A stretch of DNA of 64,000 nucleotides, taken from assembly GCA_964291625.2 (NCBI GenBank), contig OZ220090.1:800001-864000 (forward strand), given 5' to 3'. Numbering within the stretch: the first letter of the stretch is position 1; the number at the start of each line of letters is the position of its first letter. Below are positions 51,962 through 62,868 of the stretch, piece by piece. The translations under genes were made by a program, and so were the position numbers. This DNA is from Candidatus Latescibacterota bacterium (lineage in GTDB: Bacteria > Latescibacterota > UBA2968 > UBA8231). The notes beneath the pieces were generated by a model, which saw only the letters and a program-made list of their open reading frames with translations, ran no database searches and was not told the origin of the DNA.

Positions 51962-53908
51962 GTGGCCTCCACGTACCCCAAGCGCTACGAGACGATCGTC
52001 GTCGGCGGCGGCCACGCCGGCACCGAGGCGGCCCTGGCGGCGGCGCGCATGGGCGCCGAGACCCTGCTGGTGACGATGAACCTCGACACCATCGGCCAGA
52101 TGTCGTGCAATCCCGCCATCGGCGGCATCGGCAAGGGCCACATGGTCAAGGAGATCGACGCCCTCGGCGGCCAGATGGGGGTGAACACCGACCTCGCCGG
52201 CATCCAGTTCCGGCGCCTGAACACCCGCCGGGGCCCCGCGGTGCGCGCCACCCGGGCCCAGTGCGACAAGAAGGCCTACCAGCTCGAGCTGAAGTACGCC
52301 TGCGAGGGCCAGCCCGGCCTCGACGTGCGCCAGGGCATGATGGAGAGCCTGGTGGTGGAGGACGGCGCCGTGCTCGGCATCGGCGTCAAGGGCGGGATCG
52401 TCTTCGCCGGGCGCACCGTCATCCTGACGACGGGGACCTTCCTGCGCGGCAAGATCCACGTGGGCGACTTCCAGTACGCCGCGGGTCGGGCGGGAGAAGG
52501 TTCCGCCGACCGCGCCGCCGAGGGGCTCGCGGGTCTGGGGTTCCGGATCGGGCGCCTGAAGACGGGGACGCCGCCCCGCGTCAACGGCCGCACCATCGAC
52601 TTCCCGGCCCTGGAGGCGCAGCCGGGGGACGAGCCGCCGCCCACCTTCTCCTGCCGCACCGAGGGCCCCCCCCTGCCACAGGTCCCCTGCTGGATCACGT
52701 ATACCCACGCCGGGACCCACGAGCTGATCCGGGACAACCTCGAGCGCTCCGCCATGTACTCGGGGCGCATCGAGGGGGTGGGCCCTCGCTACTGCCCTTC
52801 CATCGAGGACAAGGTGGTGCGCTTCGCCGACCGCGACCGGCACCAGATCTTCGTCGAGCCCGAGGGTCTGCGCACCCACGAGCACTACATCAACGGCCTC
52901 TCCATGAGCCTGCCCGAGGAGGTGCAGCTGCCCGTCCTGCGCTCCCTGCCCGGCCTGGAGCGGGCCGAGATGATGAGGCCCGCCTACGCCGTCGAGTACG
53001 ACTACGCGGAGCCGACGCAGCTGTATCCCACGCTCGAGACCAAGCGCGTGGAGGGCCTGTTCTTCGCCGGCCAGATCAACGGCACCACCGGCTACGAGGA
53101 GGCCGGCGCCCAGGGGCTGATGGCCGGGATCAACGCCGTCCTCAAGTCCCGCGGCGAGGATGGCTTCGTCCTCGACCGTTCGCAGGCGTACATCGGCGTC
53201 CTCATCGACGACCTGGTGACCAAGGGGACGAGCGAACCCTACCGCATCTTCACGTCGCGGGCCGAGTACCGGCTGCTGCTGCGCGAGGACAACGCCGACG
53301 AGCGACTCATGGAGCACGGCCGCCGCTTCGGCATCGTCGACGACGAGACCTGGCGCAACTACGAGACCAGGCGCGACAGCATCGCCGCCGAGATGGAGCG
53401 CCTGGAATCGCAGCGCATGCCCCTGGGGGAGGGCCTCGACGAGCTGCTGCGACAGCGGCAGACGGCGCCCGTGCGCGAGCCTCCCCTGCTGCGCGACCTG
53501 CTGCGACGGCCGGAGCTGCGCTACGCCGACATCGCCGCCCTGTCGCCGCCGGGGCGGGCGCTGACCCCCGAGGCCGGGGAATGCCTGGAGGCGCGGATCA
53601 AGTACGCGGGGTACGTCGACCGCCAGGCCGAGGAGGTGGCTCGGCTGCGGCGCATGGAGTCCCTGCGCATCCCGGAGGACTTCGACTACGACGAGGAGGC
53701 GCGCCAGCTCTCCTCGGAGGCGCGCCAGAAGCTGGGGCGCGTGCGGCCCCGCTCCCTGGGGCAGGCGTCGCGCATCTCGGGCGTCTCCCCCGCCGACGTG
53801 TCGTCGCTGATGGTGCTCCTCAAGGCGCGGCGGGGGCGGCGGGCGCCGGCGGCGCCGGCTTCTTCACCTTCCGAACCCGCGAGTCCTCGGTCAGCAGCCA
53901 GCGGTTGA
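51962..53908 (+). CDS. mnmG: tRNA uridine-5-carboxymethylaminomethyl synthesis enzyme MnmG/GidA
   Basis: [52 protein letters not shown] motifs. Confidence 0.97.
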   Translation: MASTYPKRYETIVVGGGHAGTEAALAAARMGAETLLVTMNLDTIGQMSCNPAIGGIGKGHMVKEIDALGGQMGVNTDLAGIQFRRLNTRRGPAVRATRAQCDKKAYQLELKYACEGQPGLDVRQGMMESLVVEDGAVLGIGVKGGIVFAGRTVILTTGTFLRGKIHVGDFQYAAGRAGEGSADRAAEGLAGLGFRIGRLKTGTPPRVNGRTIDFPALEAQPGDEPPPTFSCRTEGPPLPQVPCWITYTHAGTHELIRDNLERSAMYSGRIEGVGPRYCPSIEDKVVRFADRDRHQIFVEPEGLRTHEHYINGLSMSLPEEVQLPVLRSLPGLERAEMMRPAYAVEYDYAEPTQLYPTLETKRVEGLFFAGQINGTTGYEEAGAQGLMAGINAVLKSRGEDGFVLDRSQAYIGVLIDDLVTKGTSEPYRIFTSRAEYRLLLREDNADERLMEHGRRFGIVDDETWRNYETRRDSIAAEMERLESQRMPLGEGLDELLRQRQTAPVREPPLLRDLLRRPELRYADIAALSPPGRALTPEAGECLEARIKYAGYVDRQAEEVARLRRMESLRIPEDFDYDEEARQLSSEARQKLGRVRPRSLGQASRISGVSPADVSSLMVLLKARRGRRAPAAPASSPSEPASPRSAASG

Positions 53909-54974
53909 TGACGCCATCGCCGTGCAGGTCGGCGGCCTCCTCGACCCAGGCCTCGTAGCCGTGCTCGGCCGCCTGGATCACCGGCGGCCAGTGGAAGCCG
54001 TCCACCGTCCGGGGCACCAGGCCGAGGCTCTCGGGCACGGCGGCGTAGGCCAGCCCCTTGCGGGCGCGGACCCGCTGCCGCCAGTAGATCTCCCGCAGCA
54101 GGCGGATCGCCGCGTCCTCGGGCGGCAGCTGGAAGTCGCCGCCCGCGGCCCCGGGACCGACCTCCTCCTGGGCGAAGCGCACATAGCCCCACTGCTCCGG
54201 GAAGTGCATGTTGATCAGGCCCTGGGGCGACCACACCCAGTTGTCCTCGCGCTCGCCCGGGACCTTCACGTATCCCTGCCCGTCCTCGGCGGCCACGACC
54301 CGCCACTGCACCCGGGAGAAGTTGATCCGCCAGATGTGGCCCTCCTCGGGGGGCACGGCGGTGCGGCTGGGACGGCGCAGCCCCTCCCAGGGGAAAGCGA
54401 TCTCGACCGACCAGCCCTCGTCCTCGTCGCGGGGGTCGTTGATCGTGCCGTAGACCCGGACCCCTGTGCGCAGGCCGGGAATGTCCCAGGCGTGGACGGG
54501 GGGCCCGCCGTCGCGGTAGGGCCGCACCAGCAGCAGGTCCCACTCGGTGGCGAAGGCGTTGACCTCGTACTCGTAGTAGTTGTGGGTGTCCCAGTCGGGG
54601 TCGATGAAGACTTCGAAGTCGTTGTCGTGGAAGATGACGGCGTCGCGCTCGGTGAGGGTGGCCCAGACCTCGGGTTCCTCCAGGAAGGCGGCCACGTAGA
54701 AATGCTCGTCGTCCCACAGCATCCTGGCCCGGGTCTGCAGCCGCGGGGCCGGCTTGAGGTCGCCCTCGATGTCGACGAAGAGCTCCGTCCAGGGAGCGTG
54801 CTGCCAGGAGGGCTCGTCGAGGGAGCCGTCGACGACGACCTCCCCGGCGGCGCGGAAAGCGGTGTAGCGCCGCGGCTCGATGCCCGCCAGGTGCTCCGGG
54901 TCCCACGGCGCCCCAAGGGCCGCCGCAGCCACGGCCGGAGTGATCAGCAATGCGCGAAAACCACCCATGGCCAC
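53820..54974 (-). CDS. CBM9-like carbohydrate-binding exported protein
   Basis: Signal peptide; [38 protein letters not shown]…MH.PE.WG. 3' end overlaps mnmG by 89 bp. Confidence 0.8.
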   Translation of the reverse strand: MAMGGFRALLITPAVAAAALGAPWDPEHLAGIEPRRYTAFRAAGEVVVDGSLDEPSWQHAPWTELFVDIEGDLKPAPRLQTRARMLWDDEHFYVAAFLEEPEVWATLTERDAVIFHDNDFEVFIDPDWDTHNYYEYEVNAFATEWDLLLVRPYRDGGPPVHAWDIPGLRTGVRVYGTINDPRDEDEGWSVEIAFPWEGLRRPSRTAVPPEEGHIWRINFSRVQWRVVAAEDGQGYVKVPGEREDNWVWSPQGLINMHFPEQWGYVRFAQEEVGPGAAGGDFQLPPEDAAIRLLREIYWRQRVRARKGLAYAAVPESLGLVPRTVDGFHWPPVIQAAEHGYEAWVEEAADLHGDGVINRWLLTEDSRVRKVKKPAPPAPAAPAAP

Positions 54975-55019
54975 CTCGTCTATCTCCAGTCTGCGCCGTC
55001 ACTTGGCCCCGATCTTCAC

Positions 55020-55049
55020 TTGCGGGGACCGGGGGCGGCCCCCTATACT
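55020..55049 (+). promoter_or_regulatory. sigma70-like promoter of adk operon
   Basis: TTGCGG-18bp-TATACT. Confidence 0.5.
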
Positions 55050-55117
55050 ACGCGTTTTCGCCTACCCCCCTCAACGAAGGCGCCCCACGCGTCTCACGCC
55101 ACCCCAGGGCAGACCGC

Positions 55118-55819
55118 GTGCAGTTGATCCTCCTCGGGGCTCCCGGCTCCGGCAAGGGCACCCAGGCCCGCCGGTTGGAGGAAGCCTACGGGGTCGTCCA
55201 CATCTCCACCGGCGACATGCTGCGAGACGCCGTGGCCGAGGGCACCGAGCTGGGCGGCCGGATCGAGGACCGCCTGCGGCGCGGGCACCTGGTCCCCGAT
55301 GCCCACGTCCTGGCGCTGGTGGAGGAACGTCTCGGCCGCGGCGACCTGCACCGCGGCTTCGCCATCGACGGCTATCCCCGCACGCGGCGGCAGGTGGACG
55401 ACTTCGAGAAGCTGATGCAGAGCCTCGGGCTCGGCATCGACGCCGCCCTGAACATCGCCGTCCCCGACGAGATCGTCGTCGAGCGCCTCTCCAGCCGACG
55501 CATCGACCCCGAGACCGGCCGCGTCTACAACCTCGCCCTCGAGGCCCAGCCGCCGCCCGAGATCGCCGGCCGCCTGGCCCGCCGCAACGACGACCGCCCC
55601 GAAATCATCCGCCAGCGCCTCGCGACCTACCACGCCGAGACCCGGCCCGTCATCGATCACTACCGGCGCACCGGGCAGCTCATCGAGGTCGAAGGCGCCT
55701 GCCCCCCGTCCGAGGTGTTCTCCGCCATCGACAAGGAGCTGGAGGTGCGACAGTCGCACATGAAGGCCGGGCCGCCTGACTTCGAAGCCAAAGTGCACGT
55801 CGACTCTCCCGACCACTGA
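55118..55819 (+). CDS. adk: adenylate kinase
   Basis: LGAPGSGKGTQA, HISTGDMLR, DGYPRT, RRNDD motifs. Confidence 0.95.
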   Translation: MQLILLGAPGSGKGTQARRLEEAYGVVHISTGDMLRDAVAEGTELGGRIEDRLRRGHLVPDAHVLALVEERLGRGDLHRGFAIDGYPRTRRQVDDFEKLMQSLGLGIDAALNIAVPDEIVVERLSSRRIDPETGRVYNLALEAQPPPEIAGRLARRNDDRPEIIRQRLATYHAETRPVIDHYRRTGQLIEVEGACPPSEVFSAIDKELEVRQSHMKAGPPDFEAKVHVDSPDH

Positions 55820-55822
55820 CTC

Positions 55823-56155
55823 TTGTCCGCGACCGATCTGATCTCCTTGTACAAGAGCGGCCTGGCCAAGTATTCGGCCCAGGACTTCGCGGGCGCTCGG
55901 GAGGACTTCGAGCAGGCCCTCCGGCTCGACCCGGAGTTCGCCGATGTCCACCACTCCCTGGCCCATGTCCTCGAGAAGCTCGGAGACCTCGACGGCGCCC
56001 TGGCCAGCGCCCGGCGGGCCGTGGAGCTGTCCCCGGACGAGGTTCTGGCCCACACGTCGCTCTCCATCATCTACATGCGCAAGGGCATGATCCCGGAGGC
56101 CGAAGCCGAGAAGGCCCTGGCCGACGAGTTGCAGCGCCGCCAGGACGGGGCCTGA
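55823..56155 (+). CDS. TPR-repeat protein
   Basis: FEQALRLDPEFADVHHSLA; RRAVELSPDEVLAHTSLS. Confidence 0.8.
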   Translation: MSATDLISLYKSGLAKYSAQDFAGAREDFEQALRLDPEFADVHHSLAHVLEKLGDLDGALASARRAVELSPDEVLAHTSLSIIYMRKGMIPEAEAEKALADELQRRQDGA

Positions 56156-56178
56156 GCCTCCCGTTCCTCCGGGCCCCC

Positions 56179-57285
56179 ATGGCCACGGCCGCCGGCCCAA
56201 ACGCCCCCGCCCCAGCCGCGGCACCCCCGCAGGAGCCCGCCTTCCACATCGGTCCGTACCCGCTGCGCCCCCTGCGTCCGGGGATGCCGGTGCTGGCCCT
56301 GGCGCCGCTGGCCGGCGTCGGCAACTGGGTCTTCCGGCTGATCTGCGCCCGCCTCGGGGCGCGCCTCGTGGGCGTGGAGTTCATCAACTGCCGCATCGTG
56401 CACCAGTCCGGCATCCGGGTGCAGCGCCTCCTCGACTTCTCCGACGCCGACGTGTACCGGCGCACGGGGATCAGCCTGCTGGCGGCGCAGATCTACGGCA
56501 ACGACATCCCCCTCATGGCCGAGGGCGCCCGCGAGCTGGAGCGGCGCGGGGCCCAGGTGGTGGACATCAACTTCGGCTGCTCGGTGCCGCAGATCGTGCG
56601 CAAGGGCAGCTGCGCCGCCTTCCTGCGCGACCTGCCCCGGTTCTACGAGGCGGTGGCGGCCACGGTGGAGGCGGTGAGCGTACCGGTCATGGTCAAGACC
56701 CGCATCGGCTGGGACGACGACACCATCAACGTCGTCGAGATCGTCCGCCAGGCCCAGACCGCCGGGGCCCGGGCGATCGCCATCCACGCGCGCACGGTGA
56801 TGCAGAAGTACGACGGCGAGGCCCGCTGGGAGTGGCTGCAACGCGCCTGCGAGGCGGCCGAGGTGCCCGTCTTCGGCAACGGCGACGTGCGCAGCTACGA
56901 GGACGCCCAGGCCATGGTCGAGCGCACCGGCTGCGACGCGGTCATGATCGGCCGGGCGGCGATGGCCAACCCGTGGATCTTCTCCGCCCGACGGGGGGCC
57001 AACCTGGCGGAGCGCATCGAGCTGGCCGCCGACCAGGTGCGCTGGATGGCGCAGTACAAGGGCGAGCACGTGGGCGTCAAGGAGACGCGCAAGCACCTGG
57101 TCCTCTATTTCCGCGACCTCGACCGCGACTCCCCCGAGCGCCTGCGCCTGCTGACCACCGAGTCCCTCGGCGAGCTGCTGGACTTCCTGGAGAGCTGGCG
57201 CCAGGCCCTCGACGGCGACCCGGAGCGGGACCTCGCCCTCACCGCCTCCGAGGCGAACCGCCTCGCCTGGAGCGGCACCGGATGA
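56179..57285 (+). CDS. tRNA-dihydrouridine synthase family protein (DusB-like)
   Basis: LAPLAG, DINFGC, VKTRIGW, IHART, GNGDV, VMIGRAA motifs. Confidence 0.9.
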   Translation: MATAAGPNAPAPAAAPPQEPAFHIGPYPLRPLRPGMPVLALAPLAGVGNWVFRLICARLGARLVGVEFINCRIVHQSGIRVQRLLDFSDADVYRRTGISLLAAQIYGNDIPLMAEGARELERRGAQVVDINFGCSVPQIVRKGSCAAFLRDLPRFYEAVAATVEAVSVPVMVKTRIGWDDDTINVVEIVRQAQTAGARAIAIHARTVMQKYDGEARWEWLQRACEAAEVPVFGNGDVRSYEDAQAMVERTGCDAVMIGRAAMANPWIFSARRGANLAERIELAADQVRWMAQYKGEHVGVKETRKHLVLYFRDLDRDSPERLRLLTTESLGELLDFLESWRQALDGDPERDLALTASEANRLAWSGTG

Positions 57286-57331
57286 GACCGCAAGCGCAAA
57301 CACCCCTACCGTATCGAGGAGAGCACCCACC

Positions 57332-58231
57332 ATGACCGACAAGCTGGCACGCGGGATCCTGCCCGCCCTGTGCACCGCCTTCGACGACGACGGCGCCCAC
57401 CCCGACGACGACCGCCAGCGGGTCCTGGTGCGCGCCCTCCTCGACGCCGGCTCCCAGGGCTTCTTCGTCTGCGGCGGCACCGGCGAGGGACGCGCCATGT
57501 CGGTGCCCGAGCGCCAGCAGGTGGCCGAGGTCGTGGCCCGCGAGGTCGCCGGCCAGGTGCCCCTGATCCTGCAGGTCGGCGCCTGTCCCACGGCGGACGC
57601 CGTCGAGCTGGCCCGCCACGCCGCCGGGGTTCCCGGGATCGACGCCGTCGCCTCGGTGGCGCCCGTGGACCGCCCGAACGACCTGGCCGCCGCCGAGGAG
57701 CACTACGCGGCCATCGGCGCCGCCACCGACCTGCCCTTCTATGTCTACTGGCTGGCCCGAGAAGCCGACCAGGCGGCCACGGCGGACCGCTTCCTCGAGG
57801 CGATGGAGCGGGTGCCCCGCTTCGCCGGGATCAAGTTCACCGACTACAACCTCTTCCTCTTCGGCCAGCTCATCGAGCTCACCGGGGGCCGCATCAACGC
57901 CATCAGCGGCCCCGACGAGATGTGCCTGCCCGCCATGTGCATGGGCGCCGACGCGGCCATCGGCACGACCTACAACATCATGCCGCGCATCTTCCTCGAG
58001 ATGCGCCGCGCCTTCGACGCTGGCGACCTCGACACAGCGCGCCGCTGCCAGCGCAACGCCAACCGGGTCATCCGCATCCTGATGCAGGCCGGGGTCATGG
58101 AGGCGGTGAAGGCGATCCTCGGCTGGCAGGGCACCTCCGCCGGTCCTCCCCGGGTGGTGGAGCCCCTCGACGCGGAGGGGGAGGGACGGCTGCGGCGGGA
58201 GCTCGAGGCGCTGGACTTCGAGGTGGCTTGA
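57332..58231 (+). CDS. dihydrodipicolinate synthase / N-acetylneuraminate lyase family aldolase
   Basis: CGGTGEG, PFYVY, GIKFT, SGPDE, GTTYN motifs. Confidence 0.85.
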   Translation: MTDKLARGILPALCTAFDDDGAHPDDDRQRVLVRALLDAGSQGFFVCGGTGEGRAMSVPERQQVAEVVAREVAGQVPLILQVGACPTADAVELARHAAGVPGIDAVASVAPVDRPNDLAAAEEHYAAIGAATDLPFYVYWLAREADQAATADRFLEAMERVPRFAGIKFTDYNLFLFGQLIELTGGRINAISGPDEMCLPAMCMGADAAIGTTYNIMPRIFLEMRRAFDAGDLDTARRCQRNANRVIRILMQAGVMEAVKAILGWQGTSAGPPRVVEPLDAEGEGRLRRELEALDFEVA

Positions 58232-58277
58232 GAGCGGAGTCGGCGGCGCCGTTGCCCATGGAGCGACCTGGAACGTC

Positions 58278-59165
58278 GTGACTGAAGAAGGACCTCTGCC
58301 CAAGGTCGAGCCCGATTCTCTGCTGCAACCCTTGCGGCAGATCCTTCGTGACCAGAAGGCCGAGCTTCTTCAATGGCGTAACGAGCGGATACACGTTGGC
58401 TCGGTGGGAGAGCTGTATCGTCTCCATGGAACGGCCAGATCCGGTGCCGCGGAGCAAGGTTCGAGGAGGTCTCCGGAACGACGGCGGCGAATTCCGCACG
58501 GAGCACTATTGCCAGGCGGCGAGGCACCTGGGGCAGTCCACGGCAGCTATCTGAGTGGCCATCCCATCCCCGAGTATCCATGGCTCAGCTCCCGCAGGTG
58601 GATGACCACGACCGTGGTGAACTGGGGAACCGCCGCCGTGTCATGGCTCGACAGCCGGGAAGGCTCCGCGTTACCGCGATCCCTCCGCGAGCAAGCCGTC
58701 CAGCTCTGGCATCGGCGCGACACCCTCCTGGACCTCGTCGACGACCTGCCGAGAGCCGTGTGCCATCGAGACTACAATCCCGAAAATCTGTTCATCCCCC
58801 AGCTCCCATCGGGAGGAAGCCGGACGATCGTCATCGACTGGGACTGCCTCGGCATCGGTGTGCTCACCGAGGACCTGGGGGATCTCGTCGGCGAAGCGCT
58901 CGTGTTCCAGGGAGTCGAGCCCGACGGTGCACCAGAGTTCACGGAAGCGGTTCTGACGGCCTACCACGCGGGTCTGGTTCAAGCAGGATACGGGGTGAGC
59001 CCCGAGACCGTCCGGTCTGCTCTCGCGACCCTGATGTCCCTGCAGTGGTGCTTCCGTCTGATCTGCCGATATCGCGACACGGAGGACTCGGCCCTTCGTG
59101 AGCGATACACGCGGATCCTGGAGTTTGTCCTGAGCCAGGGCGATCCTCGCGAACAGGCGAGGTGA
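58278..59165 (+). pseudogene. aminoglycoside-phosphotransferase-like gene, probably decayed (internal deletion plus compensating frameshifts)
   Basis: The C-terminal half has CHRDYNPENLF and VIDWD. The protein-like segment HYCQAARHLGQ-HGSYL is split over two frames. GC is lower than in the neighbours. Confidence 0.55.
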
Positions 59166-59223
59166 AGAGAGGGGCTGTTCGCCGCCGGCCAGGCCAGCCG
59201 GGGCTCGGTGCCCGGACCCCGGG

Positions 59224-60309
59224 CTACCGGGGACGCTCGCGAGCCGGCCGTCTTCGCCGCGGGGGGCCGCCGTCTCCGAGCTCTCCCCTGCGCCAGGCAG
59301 CGATGTAGGCGGCGCAGTGCTCGTCCCGGCCCAGCAGCACGTCCTCGGCCAGCCGGTAGGGGCGTGAGCCGCGGTCGAGGGCGAAGACCTTGTCGGGGCG
59401 GCTGGTCACCGGATCGATGATGCCGCTGTCCGCCCCGGCCTCGACCGCCAGGACCATGAAGACATCGTTGATCCACTTGCGGCTCGGGATGCCGAAAGAG
59501 ACGTTGCTCATCCCCCCGGTGATGTGGATCTCGGGGCCGTACTTCTGGCGCAGACCGGAGATCGCTTCGAAGCTGTGCCGTCCGAAGCGGCCGTCGACCG
59601 AGATCGGGAAGATCAGCGGGTCGATGTAGATGTCGCCGGCGCCGATCCCCTTCTCCAGGGCGGCGTCGACCATGGCGGAGGCATTGGCGATGCGCTCCTC
59701 GGCGCTCTCGGGCATCCCGGAATCACCGGCGGCGGTGACGATGACGTGGGCGTCGTGCTCGACGGCCAGGTCCAGGGCATCGATACGTTCGAGAGAGGCC
59801 GAGTTGAGCATGGGCCGCCCCTTGGACGCGTCCCACGCCCGCAGACCGACGGCGATGGTCTCGGCATTGGAGGAGTCGACGGAGACCGGGAGGCCGGTCA
59901 GGCCCTGCACCGTCGTCACGAGCCAGGCCATGGCCTCCTTCTGCTCTTCGAGCTTCAGCGAGATCTCGTCGACATTGAGGTCGAGGAAATCGGCCCCCGC
60001 CTGTTCCTGGCGCTGAACCATCCGTCTCAGGTAGTGCATCCCCTCGGCCGCGGTCTCCCGGTCGCCGCCCATCGCCGCCTGCACGGCGATCTTGACGTGC
60101 TTGACCCGTCCTTCCTCGTAATCCTGGGTGGCCTTCACCGCTTCCGGAATGACCAGGTGGCGCCCCTCGCCGTCGACCGAGCGGTAGCGCACCGCTTCCC
60201 GGCCGTCGCCGGTGGTCGTGACGAGCTTGCCGCGGCGCATCACCACCCGCGTGGTGTGGATGTTCTCGCCGATGATGACGAAATCGAGATCGGGGTTGTG
60301 CAGCTTCAT
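59224..60309 (-). CDS. methyltetrahydrofolate:corrinoid methyltransferase (pterin-binding, AcsE/MetH-like) with N-terminal insertion
   Basis: IIGENIH, QEQAGADFLDLNV, SVDSS, MLNSA, YIDPL, GGMSNVSFGIP motifs. Confidence 0.85.
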   Translation of the reverse strand: MKLHNPDLDFVIIGENIHTTRVVMRRGKLVTTTGDGREAVRYRSVDGEGRHLVIPEAVKATQDYEEGRVKHVKIAVQAAMGGDRETAAEGMHYLRRMVQRQEQAGADFLDLNVDEISLKLEEQKEAMAWLVTTVQGLTGLPVSVDSSNAETIAVGLRAWDASKGRPMLNSASLERIDALDLAVEHDAHVIVTAAGDSGMPESAEERIANASAMVDAALEKGIGAGDIYIDPLIFPISVDGRFGRHSFEAISGLRQKYGPEIHITGGMSNVSFGIPSRKWINDVFMVLAVEAGADSGIIDPVTSRPDKVFALDRGSRPYRLAEDVLLGRDEHCAAYIAAWRRGELGDGGPPRRRRPARERPR

Positions 60310-60497
60310 GGCAGGTGTTCGGTCGCTTTCGGGGGTGCATCCGAGCGCGGCGTTTCGACGGGCCGACCGGCCTGTCGACATCCAAGGTGGCCCAAGAAGA
60401 GGGAATCTAAGGCCGAAGCCACACACGCGCCTGCGTCGGGCGGAAGGCTGCCGCCGGGTTGCGCATCCTCCACGAAGACGGTTCAGCTCCACCGGCT

Positions 60498-61544
60498 TCA
60501 CCTCACCCGGTAGCGCTCCACCACCTCCATGTCCAGCCTCACCCCCAGCCCGGGCCCTTCCGGGACCGTGAAGTGGCCCTCCGCCAACTCCAGGCTGCCC
60601 CCCAGGACATCGGCCTCGCGCACGAAGGGCAGCTCGTCGCAGGGCAGGGTGGCGTTGGGGATCGTCGCCTGCACGTGCACCGAGTAGGCGGCCAGCACTC
60701 CCAGGCAGACGCCGCCCATCTGCACCCACACCGGCACGTTCCCGGCGGCGGCCACGGCGGCGGCGGCCCTCACCTCCAGCGCCCGGCCCCCGAGGGTCAG
60801 GTAGTCGACGCACTCGGCCTTCAGCGCCGCCAGCACGTCGGCGCCGCGGCAGGGGCGGCGGCCCTGGGGCACGCCGATGTGCATGGCCACGGGGATGTGG
60901 GTCTTCTGCCGCAGCAGCCTGTAGGAATCGAGGCTCTCCTTGGGGATGGGGTCCTCGAGGTTGGCCACCGTGCCGAAGGGCTCCAGCTCCGCCGCCAGGC
61001 GGGCGGCGGTGTGGAGGTGGCCGAAGCTGGTGTTGGGATCGACGCCGACGGTGTACTCCGGCCCCGCCGCCGCCTTCATGAGGCGCACGGTCTCGACGAT
61101 GTTGTGGGTGCGGGCCTTGAGCTTGTGGTTGGTGAAGCCCAGCCGGCGTCCGGCCTCGGCCTCGGCGGCGGTCTCGGCGGCCGGCATGGCGGAGGACCAG
61201 TAGGAGACCGGCACCCGCTCGCGCACCCGGGGGCCGAAGAACCGCCACACGGGCCAACCGAGGGCCTGTCCCTGGAGATCGAGGAAGGCGCACTCGAAGA
61301 GGTCCTCCTGGGCGAAGGGGTCCACGGCGAGGGGGTCCTGCCCCACGTAGCCGGCGGCCTGCGCCTGCAGGCGCGTCCGGACCTCCTCCGACAGGGTGTA
61401 GACCGCCGACTCGCCGAGGCCCTGAAGCCCCTCGTCGGTGCGCACCCGGCAGATGGTGATGTCGTAGATCCTCGGGTTGAGCCGGGCGATCGCCGCGATG
61501 GGCGGGATCTCCACGTGGTACAGGTCGACGCCGGTCACTCTCAT
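60498..61544 (-). CDS. mandelate racemase/muconate lactonizing enzyme family protein
   Basis: VRTDEGLQGLGE, HKLKAR (KxK), VDPN, LEDP, VPEGPGLGV motifs. Confidence 0.85.
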   Translation of the reverse strand: MRVTGVDLYHVEIPPIAAIARLNPRIYDITICRVRTDEGLQGLGESAVYTLSEEVRTRLQAQAAGYVGQDPLAVDPFAQEDLFECAFLDLQGQALGWPVWRFFGPRVRERVPVSYWSSAMPAAETAAEAEAGRRLGFTNHKLKARTHNIVETVRLMKAAAGPEYTVGVDPNTSFGHLHTAARLAAELEPFGTVANLEDPIPKESLDSYRLLRQKTHIPVAMHIGVPQGRRPCRGADVLAALKAECVDYLTLGGRALEVRAAAAVAAAGNVPVWVQMGGVCLGVLAAYSVHVQATIPNATLPCDELPFVREADVLGGSLELAEGHFTVPEGPGLGVRLDMEVVERYRVR

Positions 61545-61662
61545 TTGCAGGCCCTCCGGCCGGCCAAGTTACCGCCTCTCCTTGCATGCCGCGAGACTCC
61601 GGGCTTGAATGAGCCCCCCGCCGGCCCGCAGACGGCGCCGGCCGAATCCCGGGAGCCCGCCC

Positions 61663-62868
61663 ATGTCCCTGCGCGTCGGCGTCGTCGGCTGCGGCGCCTT
61701 CTCCCCCGGCTTCATCATCCTCTTCAAGGCCCATCCCCTGGTGGAGTCGGTGGTCCTCTGCGACGTCGACGCCGACAAGCTCGCCGCCGCCGCCGAGCGA
61801 CACGGGATCGCCGACACCTGCTCCGACCTCGAGCAACTGTGCGCCGACGCCAGCGTCGACGCCGTGGCCCTCTTCACCCAGAACTGGCTCCACGGGCCGC
61901 AGGCGGCCGCCGCCCTGCGCGCCGGCAAGCACGTGTACAGCGCCGTGCCCACGGGGATCGCCGTCGGGGAGGTGACCGACCTCGTCGAGGCCGCGGCCGG
62001 CTCCAACCGCCTCTACATGCTCGGCGAGACCAGCTACTACTACCCGGGGGTGGTCTACTGCCGCGGGCGCTTCCGGGCCGGCGACTTCGGGCGCCCCGTC
62101 TACGCCGAGGCCGAGTATCTCCACGACTTCAGCCACGGCCTCTACGCGGTGATGGAATCGCGCGGCGGCCGCGACTGGAAGCGCTTCGCCGGCAGCCCCC
62201 CCATGCAGTACCCGACCCACTCGACGAGCCAGGTCCTCTCGGTCACCGGGGCGCGCCTGACCCACGTCTCGGGCCACGGATTCGTCGACGACCACGAGGA
62301 CGGCCTCTTCCGCGCCGGCTCGAACCAGTGGGCCAACGAGTTCAGCAACGAGACCGCCTTCTTCCGCCTCTCCGACGGCAGCGCCTGCCGCGTCGCCGAG
62401 TTGCGCCGCGTCGGCCACCCGGGGGGCGTGCGCATGGCCCTCTACGGCACCGCCGGCAGCTTCGAGCAGCACGTCTCCGGGGTCCGCTGGCTCACCGCCA
62501 GCCGCGCCGAGACCGAGGCCCTCGAAGAGCAGCTCACCTGCACGGCGGTCCCCGGTCCGCAGGCCGGAGACGGCGTCTTCGAGACGGTGGCCCCGGTGCA
62601 CCCGGTCCATCGCCTGCCCCGGCAGTTCCGGGGCCTGCCCAACGGTCACCGCGGCTCCCACCAGTTCCTGGTGGACGACTTCGTGCGCGCCGCCGTGGAC
62701 GGCGTGCTGCCGCCCAACAACGCCTGGGCGGCGGCCCGCTACATGCTGCCCGGCCTGGTGGCCCACGAGTCGGCGCTTCGCGGCGGCGAGCTGCTCGAGA
62801 TCCCGGATCTCGGCGATCCCCCATCGACGCCGGTGGAGTACGACGAGCCGGTCCCCGGAGGAGACTGA
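61663..62868 (+). CDS. Gfo/Idh/MocA family oxidoreductase
   Basis: LRVGVVGCG, GKHVYSAVP, AEYLHD, YPTHS, NGHRGSH motifs. Confidence 0.88.
   Translation: MSLRVGVVGCGAFSPGFIILFKAHPLVESVVLCDVDADKLAAAAERHGIADTCSDLEQLCADASVDAVALFTQNWLHGPQAAAALRAGKHVYSAVPTGIAVGEVTDLVEAAAGSNRLYMLGETSYYYPGVVYCRGRFRAGDFGRPVYAEAEYLHDFSHGLYAVMESRGGRDWKRFAGSPPMQYPTHSTSQVLSVTGARLTHVSGHGFVDDHEDGLFRAGSNQWANEFSNETAFFRLSDGSACRVAELRRVGHPGGVRMALYGTAGSFEQHVSGVRWLTASRAETEALEEQLTCTAVPGPQAGDGVFETVAPVHPVHRLPRQFRGLPNGHRGSHQFLVDDFVRAAVDGVLPPNNAWAAARYMLPGLVAHESALRGGELLEIPDLGDPPSTPVEYDEPVPGGD

Noticed and set aside
53820-53908. 89-bp convergent overlap of mnmG and the CBM9-like gene as a regulatory antisense system
   Set aside because: Both tails are low-complexity Ala/Pro extensions, as expected from stop scarcity at high GC.
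60310-60497. Cobalamin riboswitch upstream of the folate methyltransferase
   Set aside because: The AGGGAA/GCCAC/GGAAG-like words lie on the non-coding strand and lack the expected stems; there is no coherent B12 box on the coding strand.
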